Source: Spironucleus salmonicida (taxonomy: Eukaryota). From it: a stretch of 64,000 nucleotides of DNA. The stretch lies in the NCBI RefSeq assembly GCF_000497125.1, contig NC_090598.1, positions 372,001 through 436,000 on the forward strand, written 5' to 3'. The notes under the pieces were generated by a model. It saw only the letters and a program-made list of their open reading frames with translations, was not told the origin of the DNA and ran no database searches. Position 1 is the stretch's first letter. The number at the start of each line of letters is the position of its first letter. Below, piece after piece: positions 42,270 to 54,423 of this stretch. The translations under genes were made by a program, and so were the position numbers.

Positions 42270-43688
42270 TCAAAAAATAACAGGACTATTCCACTTCCCA
42301 TACCCTTTTATCTTCTCTTGATCAACAACCATCCGCCCCTCAATTCCTTCATATCCATTAACGACCTCCAAAACCCGTGCATTTCTCCTGTCAATCTCGT
42401 CAAGTTCCATCCATTTTAAATAATGATGTAAATACATCTTTCTATTTCGCATTTTGGAGTACATCTCCTAAATACCTTTTATGTTACCTAAAATACTACT
42501 AGAATTACGTAAACTAACAACGTTTTCATTACCATTTCCTCCATCAGTAATGCCCATTTTGAATCCCCTAACACCCCATTCAGGATGTCTGATAGTGACT
42601 CCCTCTAAGCAACTAGATACAGTACCAGAATCTACATTTCCACGCGCAAAAATAGCACTGCTTAGACTAGGTCCGCTGGTCGAATTGGTAAGTTGGGAAA
42701 TTCCAGTGAAAAGTTATCGAATGGCAGGTTAAATTGATCTAAAAGATTTTTAAAATGGAAGAGGAGCAAGTGCAGAGCAAGCTATATTAAGTTCCTAGAA
42801 TGGGACTAAATTAGTCGAAATTTCGTTTAAATCTACGTTCATCTCCCCGCCAAAGCGCATTGATGCAGTTATTGATGATAGCGTGGTAGCAATAGCCTCA
42901 TTAATTTAGGGGAACGGTCGTGAATGTTACTTTTACTATTATTATGATTATTCTTCAGTTTTTGTAAGCTCATTAGACTTTTTCTATTTTAGTACATCTC
43001 GCAGTTCATCAAGAATTGATTTCTGTTTCTTAATTTGAATTGTCTAAAAATTTGACAGTCCACCTGTACCTAGACCCTATTTAACTTAATCATATGATTA
43101 ATAAATTTTGTCGTTATCAAAAGGTAGCACTAGATCTGCAGAATTAAGCAAAGACGATAAAGAGAAAACTGTATTATATGGCGCGGTAATAACGTCGGCT
43201 GCTTCTACAGATGGAATAACAGCAGATGAAATTATGGATACACCTGGATATGTTTCACGGGTAAGTTCCATGAGAAAAGCACCAAGACCAGATCCAGTTC
43301 CACCACCTAGAGAAGAAAAAGACAAAAACCCTTGCAGAGAGTCGCAACGTTCAGCTTGGAAACGAATTGCTTCTAAAAGATTATCTTTCTGCTCTTAACC
43401 ATGGCGTGAGAATCCTTCCGAAAAATTATTACCAGAACCATCAACTCCAGATACTGTTGATTTTTTGTCAAAAATCATAGATAACTCTGACTTAAATATT
43501 TGATTTAAAACACCTTCTTCCATATCCACCAAAACACCTCTAGCTTATGGAAATTGTTTATTACCATCATATAGAAATGTTGAAGCTGAATCTGTATATG
43601 AACAATGTTCGCTCATGATGGTTCTCCAAAACTCAGAGCCTATTTAGTTGCCACATTATCCAATTTGTAAAGTTATTATCTCTCTCAT
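42270..43688 (-). CDS. TUBE1: Epsilon-tubulin (472 aa)
   Basis: [69 protein letters not shown] and DVIT are typical of epsilon-tubulin. Confidence 0.88.
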
Positions 43689-43765
43689 TCCTTTTCAAAT
43701 AAAACGTAACAAATATCTATTTATTAAAAATATAATATGATATATATGTTTCCACTCCAAATCAA

Positions 43766-46700
43766 ATGGATACTATTAAAAAAATTTATTATACAGATCA
43801 GTCTGTTCTAGCAAGTCTATTAACATCTGATACTGCTCTTACTTTACTTACTAATAAAACTATAGAATACCACAATGCCAATTAGGAGAATCCTCTGAAA
43901 ATTATACTTTAAATTCCAGTTAATCATTCAATAGTGTAAGCTAGGTTCTTTCCAAGACCTGGCTAAGTTGAAATATTATTAGCAATATTAAAAGCAGATA
44001 ATAATTAATTTTTAGTAATTTTGGAAATAGGCAACGGAAAAATTTAATTTTCAACACCTTCATATTAATAAATTACTGATTTTAATTATATTGGAAATTC
44101 AGCTTTTTATGTAGCAGATAACATTATATATTCGTGGGATATACAGATTTAACCAGAGATTTTTTATAAAGGAACTGGAAAAATTAATAATATTCAGTTT
44201 GCTGAGATTTTGTTTAAATAACATGTTATCATTTGTTCTGATGATAAAGTTTTCACAATTGAGGCTGATACAAAGAGATAAGCACTTGATTTTAATATCA
44301 CAGGTAAAATTAGGTTAATGTGTTTTAATTCATTTATTAACCAAATATTTATTTAAACTATTGACGGCCCATTTTTTATTTTTGACTTGAATACAACTCT
44401 TACTTTTAATCTTTAACCTCCTATTCTAAACTATTCTTATAGTGGTAATTACAGGCTAAATAAAGTTTTACCCACTGAAAGTGGTTATATTGTAACGTGT
44501 TGTAACGGATTAATATATAATTTAGAAGTTGTATATGAAAGTCCATGTGCTGATTTAACTCAAATTGAAAAAATTGTAATAAATTAAGCAGGATTTTAGC
44601 TTGTTATCAAAGGAGCAAAAGTCTTATTTAATTCTTAAATAAAATTTTTAGGCCTTTCAAGAATCAGTAATGATTACTTTTTTGTTGGTACTGAAAATTG
44701 TATTATTTGCGGTAAAGTTTCTAGTATTAATACATGTGATGATGATTACATAGGGTTAGGCGTAACTAAACGTTAAAACGACTTAATTAAGAAAACTCGT
44801 ATTAGCTTAATGAAATCAGACGATGCTTAGTATAAAGAGTTTATTGATAATTTACTAACATATAAATTAGGTCATGTGTCAGAATTATTTAAAAATCAGT
44901 ATATAATGTTATGCAAAGATCTCTATCATATTGTCTAATATTACTCATTTACAGAAAATCATGATTTAGTATAAACTATTGATTCTCCTTGGGCTGATTT
45001 AGATAATCAAATATAATAAAAACCGTTTTCAGACGATGACCAATTTATAGCACTCAATCCATTTTATCCATAAGAACAATTTAGAATTATGCTGAATTCA
45101 GAATCTTAATAAAATGATTTAGATACCTTTATTGATCTTACACTTCAATAATTTTCATCAGATCCAATTGTTTCTTCATAAAAAATGTAGCTTTCAGCAT
45201 ATGCTAAAAATTATTTCCCGCATCTAACTGCTATTATTTATAGAATATCCAAATAATTCAACGAAGGACTGGTGAAGCTTAATTAATTTAAATAAAATAT
45301 GTAGCACCAGTCACAGTTTTTAGCTGATAATTTCAAAAAATTAAATTAAAACGAGACTGATTTAAGTCTAAAGACGGAGTAATCCCGCATCCTTCTAGAA
45401 AAATATGTTGCTAGTTATTATCATGAAAAATTATAAAAATTTGATTTGCTTTCAAATGAACCATCGAATATTAGAAATCTTATTAAATTTATTTTACCAC
45501 TTTATTTAAAAAGTGAAGTATCTACAAAGTTATCAAAGACGTAGCTTCTATCTGCTTTCAGCAAAAGTTTGAATGTTTTAATTGAAAATTTCACAGCATC
45601 AACTCCACAAAATTTAAGTTTAGATGGTAAAAATGCAGTTTCAGAAACAATTTTAGATTAAAATCATTCGATTTTCCATTAAAATCTAACTAGACTAAAT
45701 ATTGGTTATGGTAAAATAGAAAAGTTCGCATTCTAACCATTGCCAGCAAATTCGATTTCGTTCCATTTTACAGAAATAGATCAGAATTTAGTGAATTTGC
45801 TAAAAGAAATTAATGCATAGAACAACTAAATGAGATAAATTTCAAATGAATATTTGATTTTTGATGACTTTTTGGTACCCTACGTCATCTATGATTTTAT
45901 TGAACTTTTTTCAGCAACAAACTTGTTATTTATGGTATCTGATCAACTAAAAAATACATCATAGGAAATATTCAATGCTATTCAGTATACTAATAAATAA
46001 TTTAAAGGGAAATTCTAGCTTTTGGAGTTATATGATATTAGACCTTACGAATAAAATGATTAATATTCGAAACTTTACTTCAAGAAAGCCGAAAATATTT
46101 TTCGTTTAAGTGATATAATAACAAATTAAACGTAGGATTTGAGCTGGTAAAATCCACACAAAAAATTCATTCCAAGGCCTCAAAATCTATAAGATACTCT
46201 AGAAAAAATGTAGTTTGGCATGAAACAGATTAAGCGTATTATAGCTAACCTAGCAGAGTTTCTAAACTTTGTGTAAACTTAGGAAGTCGCTGTAAACGGA
46301 CTTGAAAACGGAAAATTCCGCTCATACGGAGGTATTGATCCAACATAAGTTTTTGTAGACTTAATAACATTAGAAGTGCATGTTTTGTTTGTATTTGAAA
46401 ATACAGATTCACTTAAAATTGATAACAATAGAATAGTTATGGGAGCATGTTTCCAAGCACCAGAACTTATTTTTGGTGTCAGATAGCCATCCAGTGATGT
46501 GTGGAGTCTGGCATTATTATTTTTATGTTTGTATCATTCGTTTGTTGCAGTTCCAAAGTAGAAAAAAATGAAAAGAGCTGATATAAAAAGTTTTGCATAA
46601 ATAATTTTTAATTTCAATTATTTTGTGCACTTAACCAGTAAAATTGCTGCCGACAATTTCAATTTCAAATCAAAAAATAGCAAACAACGAGAAATGCCTA

Positions 46701-48196
46701 CTCCATTATAAACAGTAATTTTAGCAGTTTTAACAGCATCAGCAAGCTTGAGTACTGATATAACAGATTTGCCTTAGCAATAATAAATCAGCAAAATACT
46801 GAAAGTTTTAATGTCTGGAAGCTCATAGTAAGTTTCTAATATGCAAGATTATTTCACAAAAGCAATATCACAGCCTTTCATAAATCCTGGGCAAAATGGA
46901 GAAGCAAAAGAGCTTTTTTCTTATAATAAAGGTAAAATGTTTAAGTTTATAGAATTAACAGAAAAATATATTTAAAATATTATTAAAAAGTGTCTGGTGT
47001 TCAATTCTGATGAGCGAATGAGTATTTCAGAATTCCTGAGCTTGTGGAAGTGTGAAGGAGACGACGTATTACAATAGGAGTTAGTGCTTTCGAAGGATAT
47101 TTAAAATATTTCCGAGTCAAATTAGAAGGTGATGTAATATTAGTTGTAAGTAAAAATTGAGATCTCGTCAGGGGAGGATTTATCTGTTACTAACGAAGAA
47201 GATGTTGAAGACGAAGAGGAAGATTTTAGCGATTAATTAGAAAAAATTAATGCTGAAATGTCATATTCCGGTTCTCAATAGGTTGAAGAGGAAATTGATG
47301 AAGAAAATTTCGAGGAAATGACCGAAGGTGAAATCAAGGAAATCAAGGAGAAGAAGCAGTATAATAGCTAATTAGAAGCTTTTAGAGAAATTTATATCTA
47401 ATAATATGGAGAAGTTCCTGGTGATTTAGATTTAGAGGCTTTGATGAAACATAGCATAGCAGATTAAGAGGATCCTAATTTAGAAGAGATAGCTGGATTG
47501 GAAACTAGCGACATTTACAAAGCTGATGATATGAACTACTATTAGGATATCATTGATAATCCTGATAAATTTAAAGAAGTAGAAGTACCTGTTGTTGCAG
47601 AGGATGTTGAAAAAGTCAACTAACCCTAAATCAAAGGTGTGATGAGTTAGATGAAGCCAGAATACGATGTGTACGCTATGTAAGATGAATTAGTGGAAGA
47701 GTATAATATGCCTTCAGATTATGAGCCTGAGAAATCTGAAGAAGTAGAGTAGGCCGAAGAGCTACCCTGGTATGTATTAGCAGCTTAGTAAGAGGAAAAA
47801 GAAAAATAAGAAAAAGCAAGCACAAAACTAACTAGGAAACAAAAAATATAGTAGAGAGACAAAAAAGTTGCTTCTGGAGAGCAAGAATCAGATGATTACA
47901 CCTATGAAGATGATGAAGAAGAAGAGGAAGCGGACCACGAAGAGGAGAAAACCGAAATATCGAAAACTGAAAAACAAGAAAAGGATGATGAGCCATAATT
48001 TAACTATGAGAACTCTGACAAACCAATTTGGGAAACAGCTGAAGGGGATTAGGAAAAAGAAGTATTTTATGATGAAAATGGCGAAGTAATTGACATGAAT
48101 ATCGGAGATATGAACATCGAATAGGAAATTTTGATAGACGATGACGGTATGGCATATTATATCAATGAGGAAGGCGAAAAGCAGTACCTGGAGTGA
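43766..48196 (+). CDS. Large multidomain protein: beta-propeller-like N-terminus, coiled coil, degenerate kinase domain, acidic tail (1476 aa)
   Basis: In-frame ATG to GAGTGA; kinase C-lobe motifs YGGIDPTQVFV, GACFQAPELIFG, SDVWSLA, KCLVFNSDERMS; E/D-rich C-terminus. Confidence 0.7.
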
Positions 48197-48216
48197 TATT
48201 TGTTAAATGAAATCTG

Positions 48217-49131
48217 TCACTTTGCGTCCCATATTAAAAGGAGGGACTTTTCCATATTACCGGAAAAGTCAGATTTGATGTCTTTTGCGAGCGAACCGCT
48301 GAACTTTGGATAATATTCATTTACAACAGATCTATACCTGTCTCTGAACAGCGCGGCGGCGTTTATCATGTTGACCTCCTTCGTCCCGGCGCCCTTCATG
48401 GACTTATGCAAAATGAAGGCACAGGCTTGGGCACCTGCAATGAGGAAATCGTGTGCAAGGAGGAACGCATACTCAGCCTTTCCAGCAAAATCACCCTTAA
48501 TAGCGTCGCGAAGAGATTTCTTGTTGTTCTGCTCGTAAATTTGGGCGATTTGGGCGTACTCTTTGGATGTAGAAGTGCAGAGCATGCGGATAACAGCCTG
48601 CTCATCAGTTCCGGCGCCTTTAATTGCCTGGGTCATGGTGGTAGCGTCCTGCTACGCCTAGTTGCGGTCGAATCTGGTCTGACACATCCAGGCCTTAATA
48701 AGGCGTGAAAAGGGGTTCTTTGAGAGGTCATCAGCGACGTCTTCCACCATTTGGGCTTTAAACAACCTGAAATATGCGTTACTGATCTCCTTCATATCGT
48801 TCTCGTCGGCCATGAAAATGAGTTCTGCAAGCGTGCGCTCGTCGGTGCCCATGCCTTTGATGGCCTTTTTCAGCTGTGTGGCCCAGAACTTATATCTTGG
48901 CTCGAAACACGCGAGTAAAAGATCTTCTAATTTTCCAGAAGTTTCTTTCTTGATAACTGTGCTGAGGTCTTTGCCATAACAGCAGTAAAATGCCTTGGTG
49001 ACTTCAAAGAGCTCGTCGGGTGTACACTGGCAAATTACGTCTATAATTTTAGCTTCGTCTGTACCAGCACCCTTACAGGCTACTTAGATCTATTCAGCCA
49101 ATCTTACAAAGTCGGCGTTAGTTTTCGACAT
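48217..49131 (-). CDS. Annexin (alpha-giardin family, 304 aa)
   Basis: Four KGxGT[DK]E endonexin repeats, KKETSGKLE. Confidence 0.95.
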
Positions 49132-49414
49132 TTTAAAAGACGATTTGATATCTTTATTTTTAAAATAAATAGTAAATAGGTTTAACTTATTTTACTGTAA
49201 ATAAAGCGTTTTTACACAATTCTATTGATCTTATGATATGGTTTAAAATCTTTATAATTTGAACCAGGTAAAAACTGAGGCTACGCTGATGTAATGTGGA
49301 TTTCTTTAGGTCTTATGCGTTATATGAAAAATAAGTTAAATAATTTGTTCTACAATTAACTGAATCATTAATATTAGCTATTATAGTATAAATACTAAAA
49401 GTTTTTTTCTTAAA

Positions 49415-50326
49415 ATGGCAGATCGTAAAGCTAAATGGGTCTAACATGCTACTACTATTTAGAAAGCATGTAATGGTATGGGAACCGATGAAAAGGCGAT
49501 AATTGATGTTATTGCTGCATGTACGCCAGATGATTGCGCTGGAGTCTCTCAAGCATATTATTGCTGCTATGGCAAGGACGTAGTTAAACTGCTCTAAAAA
49601 GAAACATCTGGAACATTTGATAAATTCCTCACTGCATGCTTCACTAAGAGATATTAACTTTGGGTTTAATTACTTAAAGAGGCCATCAAGGGTCTTGGAA
49701 CTGACGAAAAATCTCTTTGTGAGCTTATAATCATGGGAACTACAACCGATATGGAAATTCTTTAAAAAGAATATTTCAGACTCTACAAAAAAGAAATGAT
49801 TGAAGAGATTTCTGATGATATTTCCAACAAAGCACCTTGGGCTAAATTGATTAAAGCTTGGATGTATCAAACCCGTTTCACTAGAAACTCAATAGCTTAA
49901 GACGTTGATACTCTTAAATAGGCGATGAAGGGTGCTGGTACAGACGAGCAAGCTATTATTCGTATTCTTACAACTTCTACTCCTGCAGAATTTGTCTAAA
50001 TTGCGGAAGCATACGAAAAGACTACCGGTAAACCTCTTCGTGAACATTTGAAAAAGGAACTATCAGGTAAATCTGAATACGCTTTTTGTCTCGCCCATGA
50101 CGTACTTATTTGTCCTTCCAAAGCAGCTGCTTTTGTTATTCACAAAGCAATCAAGGGAGCTGGTACAAATGAGAAAACAATTATCAATTTTACTGCACTA
50201 TATAGAGATAGATGTACTGATATCAATACATAATACACTAAATATGGATCACTTGCTAAAGATATTAAAGGTGATTTCAGCAGTCATATGGAAAAAGCAT
50301 TATTGGCAATTTGGAAGGCCCAGTGA
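49415..50326 (+). CDS. Annexin (303 aa)
   Basis: NGMGTDE, KGLGTDE, KGAGTDE, KGAGTNE. Confidence 0.95.
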
Positions 50327-50367
50327 TATTCTGTTTGATAATTTCTTATATAAATTAAATTAAATTT

Positions 50368-51267
50368 TCAATTCCAAAGAGTAATAATAGTATCAGATAT
50401 ATCTTCAAACCCTATCTTTAAATCTTCTTCTAATGTTTTCCCAGCTACTTAGCTATAGATTTATGAAAATTAACTTCTATATCTATCTCTTAAAAGAGCA
50501 GTTATACATAATATTGATTATTCTTTTGATTTAAGTGACTTAGAGAACGCAAAAGCACAAGCCTGTGTTCCACTTATTAAAAATTCAACTCCCATAACGA
50601 TAGCATACTAAATCTTACCAGTAAATGCTTTTATCATAGCTTATTTTATCGTCTATTTAGCATTTTATAGGTAAAGATCATTTATCTCCCTAAATTACTC
50701 AGGTGTAATAGTGGTAAGGAATTTTATAATAATCTGTTAGTCAACCGATTTTGCTGCTAAAGTTGTTTTGAGAAGCTCTACTTCTTCAATAATATATTAT
50801 TTTGGATATCTCATAGCATATACCCAAGCTTTTAAAAATTTAAGCATGGCATTTTTAGAAAAATCAGATGATATGTCCTCAAGCATCTCCTTATCATAAA
50901 TTTCGAAATATTTTTCTTAAATAAGTACCATATCTTCTTCACTAGCTAATATAAGAAGCTCTGTAAGCATTTTTTCATCAGTTCCAAGTCCTTTGATTGA
51001 TTTTTTTATTAAGGTAGCCCAAAGTGTATAACGATCTTGTATACAGTATTACATCAGATTTTATCCTTTTCCGCCACATCTCTACTTTAAGTAATTACTT
51101 AAAGACTATTAAGAATAACAGTAGAATGCTTTTGAAAATCTTTCGATTTAATCAGGTGAAATATTTTGCAGCACATTTGCAATTGCTAAATAGTCAATTC
51201 CATAGCCTTAAAATGCCAAATCTAATTATTAGGAGTATAATATCAGAAAATTATTATTAAGTTCCAT
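50368..51267 (-). CDS. Divergent annexin (299 aa)
   Basis: QGYGID, KGLGTDEKML; repeats 3-4 degenerate; collinear with the neighbouring annexins. Confidence 0.85.
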
Positions 51268-51414
51268 TATAAAGATTTATCAAACTATGTTATTATATAT
51301 TATTATACCTGTTATATAACCACTTAATTTCTAATCTCGCTTGCTTAAATATTTAAAATAAAACTTGCCACTCAAAAAAAAGTTTAATTACTAACAGCCT
51401 AAAACCAATGTCTT

Positions 51415-53217
51415 TCATTCTTAACCGCCATCCTTTGCGCCCTGTTCTTCTTCTTTAGCCACTTCTATGACCAGTCGTCTACCATAAAAATGCACACCAT
51501 TTATGCCTTCAATCGCTTCTCGCGCCTCACGTGACGTGCTATATTCGACGAAAGCGAAACCACGCAAACCACCATCTAAGTTCTTCGGACAACGCAATGC
51601 TGCAACCTTACCAAACTAGTTTAAAAGTTGTCTCAATTCTGCTTGATTCGCCTGGAAAGCTAAATTTTTGATCATTAACCGTGTTGAATTTGTGTTATTT
51701 TGGCTAACTGTAGCACGCGCTTTTTAAGGCTCCCACCGAAAACCGTCCTGCATAACCTAACTAAGCGCAGATATGACCTTATTCAGTTAGCTTTCTTGCA
51801 CAGTCACGAAGCAATACCCTTTATGCGAAATTTCATTTTATGGAATTGTGATTTATTCGTATTATTATATCTATTCTTTAATAATATGCTCAATTTACGT
51901 TTTATCTGTCGCGAACGAAATGTTTCGGATACACACACTGACCATTTGGTCCATTTTGGCCTCCGTTTCGACCTTAAGGGCCGCATTTTCAGCCTCCTGA
52001 ACTTGCTCTTCCGCGCTCAAAACGCACGCAAATTCCAGCATCATAGGCACTTTTTCATTCCCCATTTTCTTGAAGCAGAGCTTTCCGAAAGCGCGTCGCG
52101 CGTCGCCATTTTCAGCGAATTTTACGATGCAAAAACCCGCGAAAAACGCTTTGCAGTAAACGACGATTCCAAACTGCTCGAAAAGCTGTTTTACGTCCTT
52201 TTCGACCGTCGAAATCGGCAGATTTTTGCACAAAATGACGTTTTTACTGCGATTGTGCGAGGGGCTAAAAGCGATGTTTTCGGCCTTAAACGCCGCCTTA
52301 AGCTCCTTCTGTAGGTACGCCTCCGCGGCTGCCAGCGTCACTGCGCTGTCCTGAATCAGCGCTGCTTTGTCGCCCAAATGCGCCTGCAGCGCGTCCACGA
52401 TGTTCTGCTGGCGCTGAATCAGCGGGTTCCAGGCCAGCTTGTTGTTCTTGTCGAAGCCCTTCGCCTTGTATTCCTTGGTGCGAATGAACTCCTAGATCGC
52501 TGAGGTGCGGCCCTGCGTTATTCTGACGAATTTGCCGTTGATTTGTGTTTCCTGAGCGAGAACAGCGCGCTTTGCAGCCTCTGGGAGCGCGAATTGGACA
52601 TATGCAACACCAGTTGGCTGCTTGGTGAGCGGATTCGTCGCCAGGACGACATCCGAGATTTCGCCGAATGGTGCGAAATGCGTTTGGATTTGATCGGTAG
52701 TGGTGAGGGTTGGAAGGTTGGAAATTTTGATTTTTGAGTCATCTATTTCTCCATTTTCAGCTGGGCGGGCTTCTTGTGAGTCGATTTATAGCTGCTTTTA
52801 ATTATTTTATTGTTTTTATGGCACTACTATATTCTACTCCCATCCAGAGCCAGTGTTTAGATATTACTTTAGTAAATCGCCTCCTTCCGCTATTAGCTAC
52901 TCTGCTAGTGCTCGAGCGCCTTGCGATAGGTTTTTCTGCTTTTTCTAGTCTTTTAACTGGTTTTCCTGAGCTACCTTGTGAGAAACAGCAATTTATATTT
53001 AAATTTTTCTTCCTCCAATGTAAGTATTGGATCTAAGCTTCACTGCACGCTCTGCTGATGTAGCCTCTGCAAACCCAATGTACCCTATGCACCGTGATGT
53101 CTTATCAGAGTTAGTGATTATTTATGTGTCAGTAATGTTTCCGATTTATTAAAAATGCTCCTTAATTTGCAATTCAGTGGCAGATGCTGGAATATTCTTA
53201 ATGAAAATACGGGACAT
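51415..53217 (-). CDS. MRD1: Multi-RRM ribosome biogenesis protein Mrd1/RBM19 (600 aa)
   Basis: MSRIFIKNIP, GYIGF, WNPL linker, ILCKNLP, LMIKNLAFQA, RGFAFVEY, HFYGRRLVIE. Confidence 0.9.
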
Positions 53218-53277
53218 TTTTAAAGTGGTAAGAGAAATGGTATATATAATATTATATAAGAATAATATAAAATATAA

Positions 53278-54413
53278 ATGATTAAACTAAATATACCTTG
53301 TAATGTGCTAGGTTGGATTAAGTACAAAAGTAAACTAACGCACGAATAAAGGTATTTCTATCTTATAATATAAACTAATACAAACTAAGAAATTGTAACT
53401 AAATTTATGCTTCATATGAACAACTAAAAATAAAATAAGTAACCTGAGTACATGAATCATGCTGATTATAACATATTTGATATTATATTATTAGAGAACG
53501 TTATTGTAAGAAATACTATATCTATAAAGTCTTTTTCAGCAGATGATCTTGAAATTTTTATTTTCAACGATTAAAACTATAACATATCTATAGTTAAAAA
53601 AATATAATTGTATAGTAAAGTCTTTAATAATTATCTTAATTATCTATTAAGGATAATAATAAATATGTTAGTGTTGTGGTTAAAATTCATGATTATGAGT
53701 TGTCAAACGACTATGTTTAGTTATTATGTCTAGATGGAACATAACCGGTTAGAGTATAAATGCATATCTTAGATTTAAATCGATTTGGATTAATTTCCAA
53801 TAATTATGTTTAATTTATAGAAGAATTTTTACTATATCATACATTTGGGTTTTTGGACCTTTTAGTTTAATCTTTATAATATAATAAATAATTTAAGGGA
53901 TTTTTATCAGTAGTTAATAGAACTCATATATTTAATGAATAAAAATCAATTTAAATTTTTAAAAATTTAGATATAAGAAACATTAATTAATCACTGCACT
54001 ACAGTTGCATATCATCTTCAAAAAATCTTAGAGACTATAAGACAGTTATATTTTGCAGTATAACAATAATAAATTCATGTAATTAACTAATAAGACGTGC
54101 ATGTTAATACTGCAAGAGTTTTAGATCCTAATGTAAAGACTGTGGGGTACTAACTTTTTGTGGTTATGGATTGATTACTATGGATGATTGCACTTTTGAG
54201 GCAAGTTTATCTCATAATTTTTTAACCTAGTGGTTATAATGTTCACCTACCGAATATTTTTAGTTAAATACCACTGAGTAATAACTTAAAACTATTTATT
54301 CTAAATAATTAATGGTTGAAATGATTACTTATTCAGATTCCAAGGAAGTAACTAATATTTTACATACTAATTTGATGTTTTTATTAAAATATAAAATTGC
54401 ATAAATAAAATGA
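53278..54413 (+). CDS. Putative OB-fold/zinc-ribbon protein (RPA1/POT1/CTC1-like), interrupted by a frameshift near 53600
   Basis: Frame 1 gives an OB-like N-terminus (NVLGWI...FDIILLENV). The -1 frame, open 53547-54413, gives VSVVVKIHD...LCLDGT and RRACQYC...CKDCG...ITMDDCT. Confidence 0.5.
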
Positions 54414-54423
54414 GTACTTTTTA

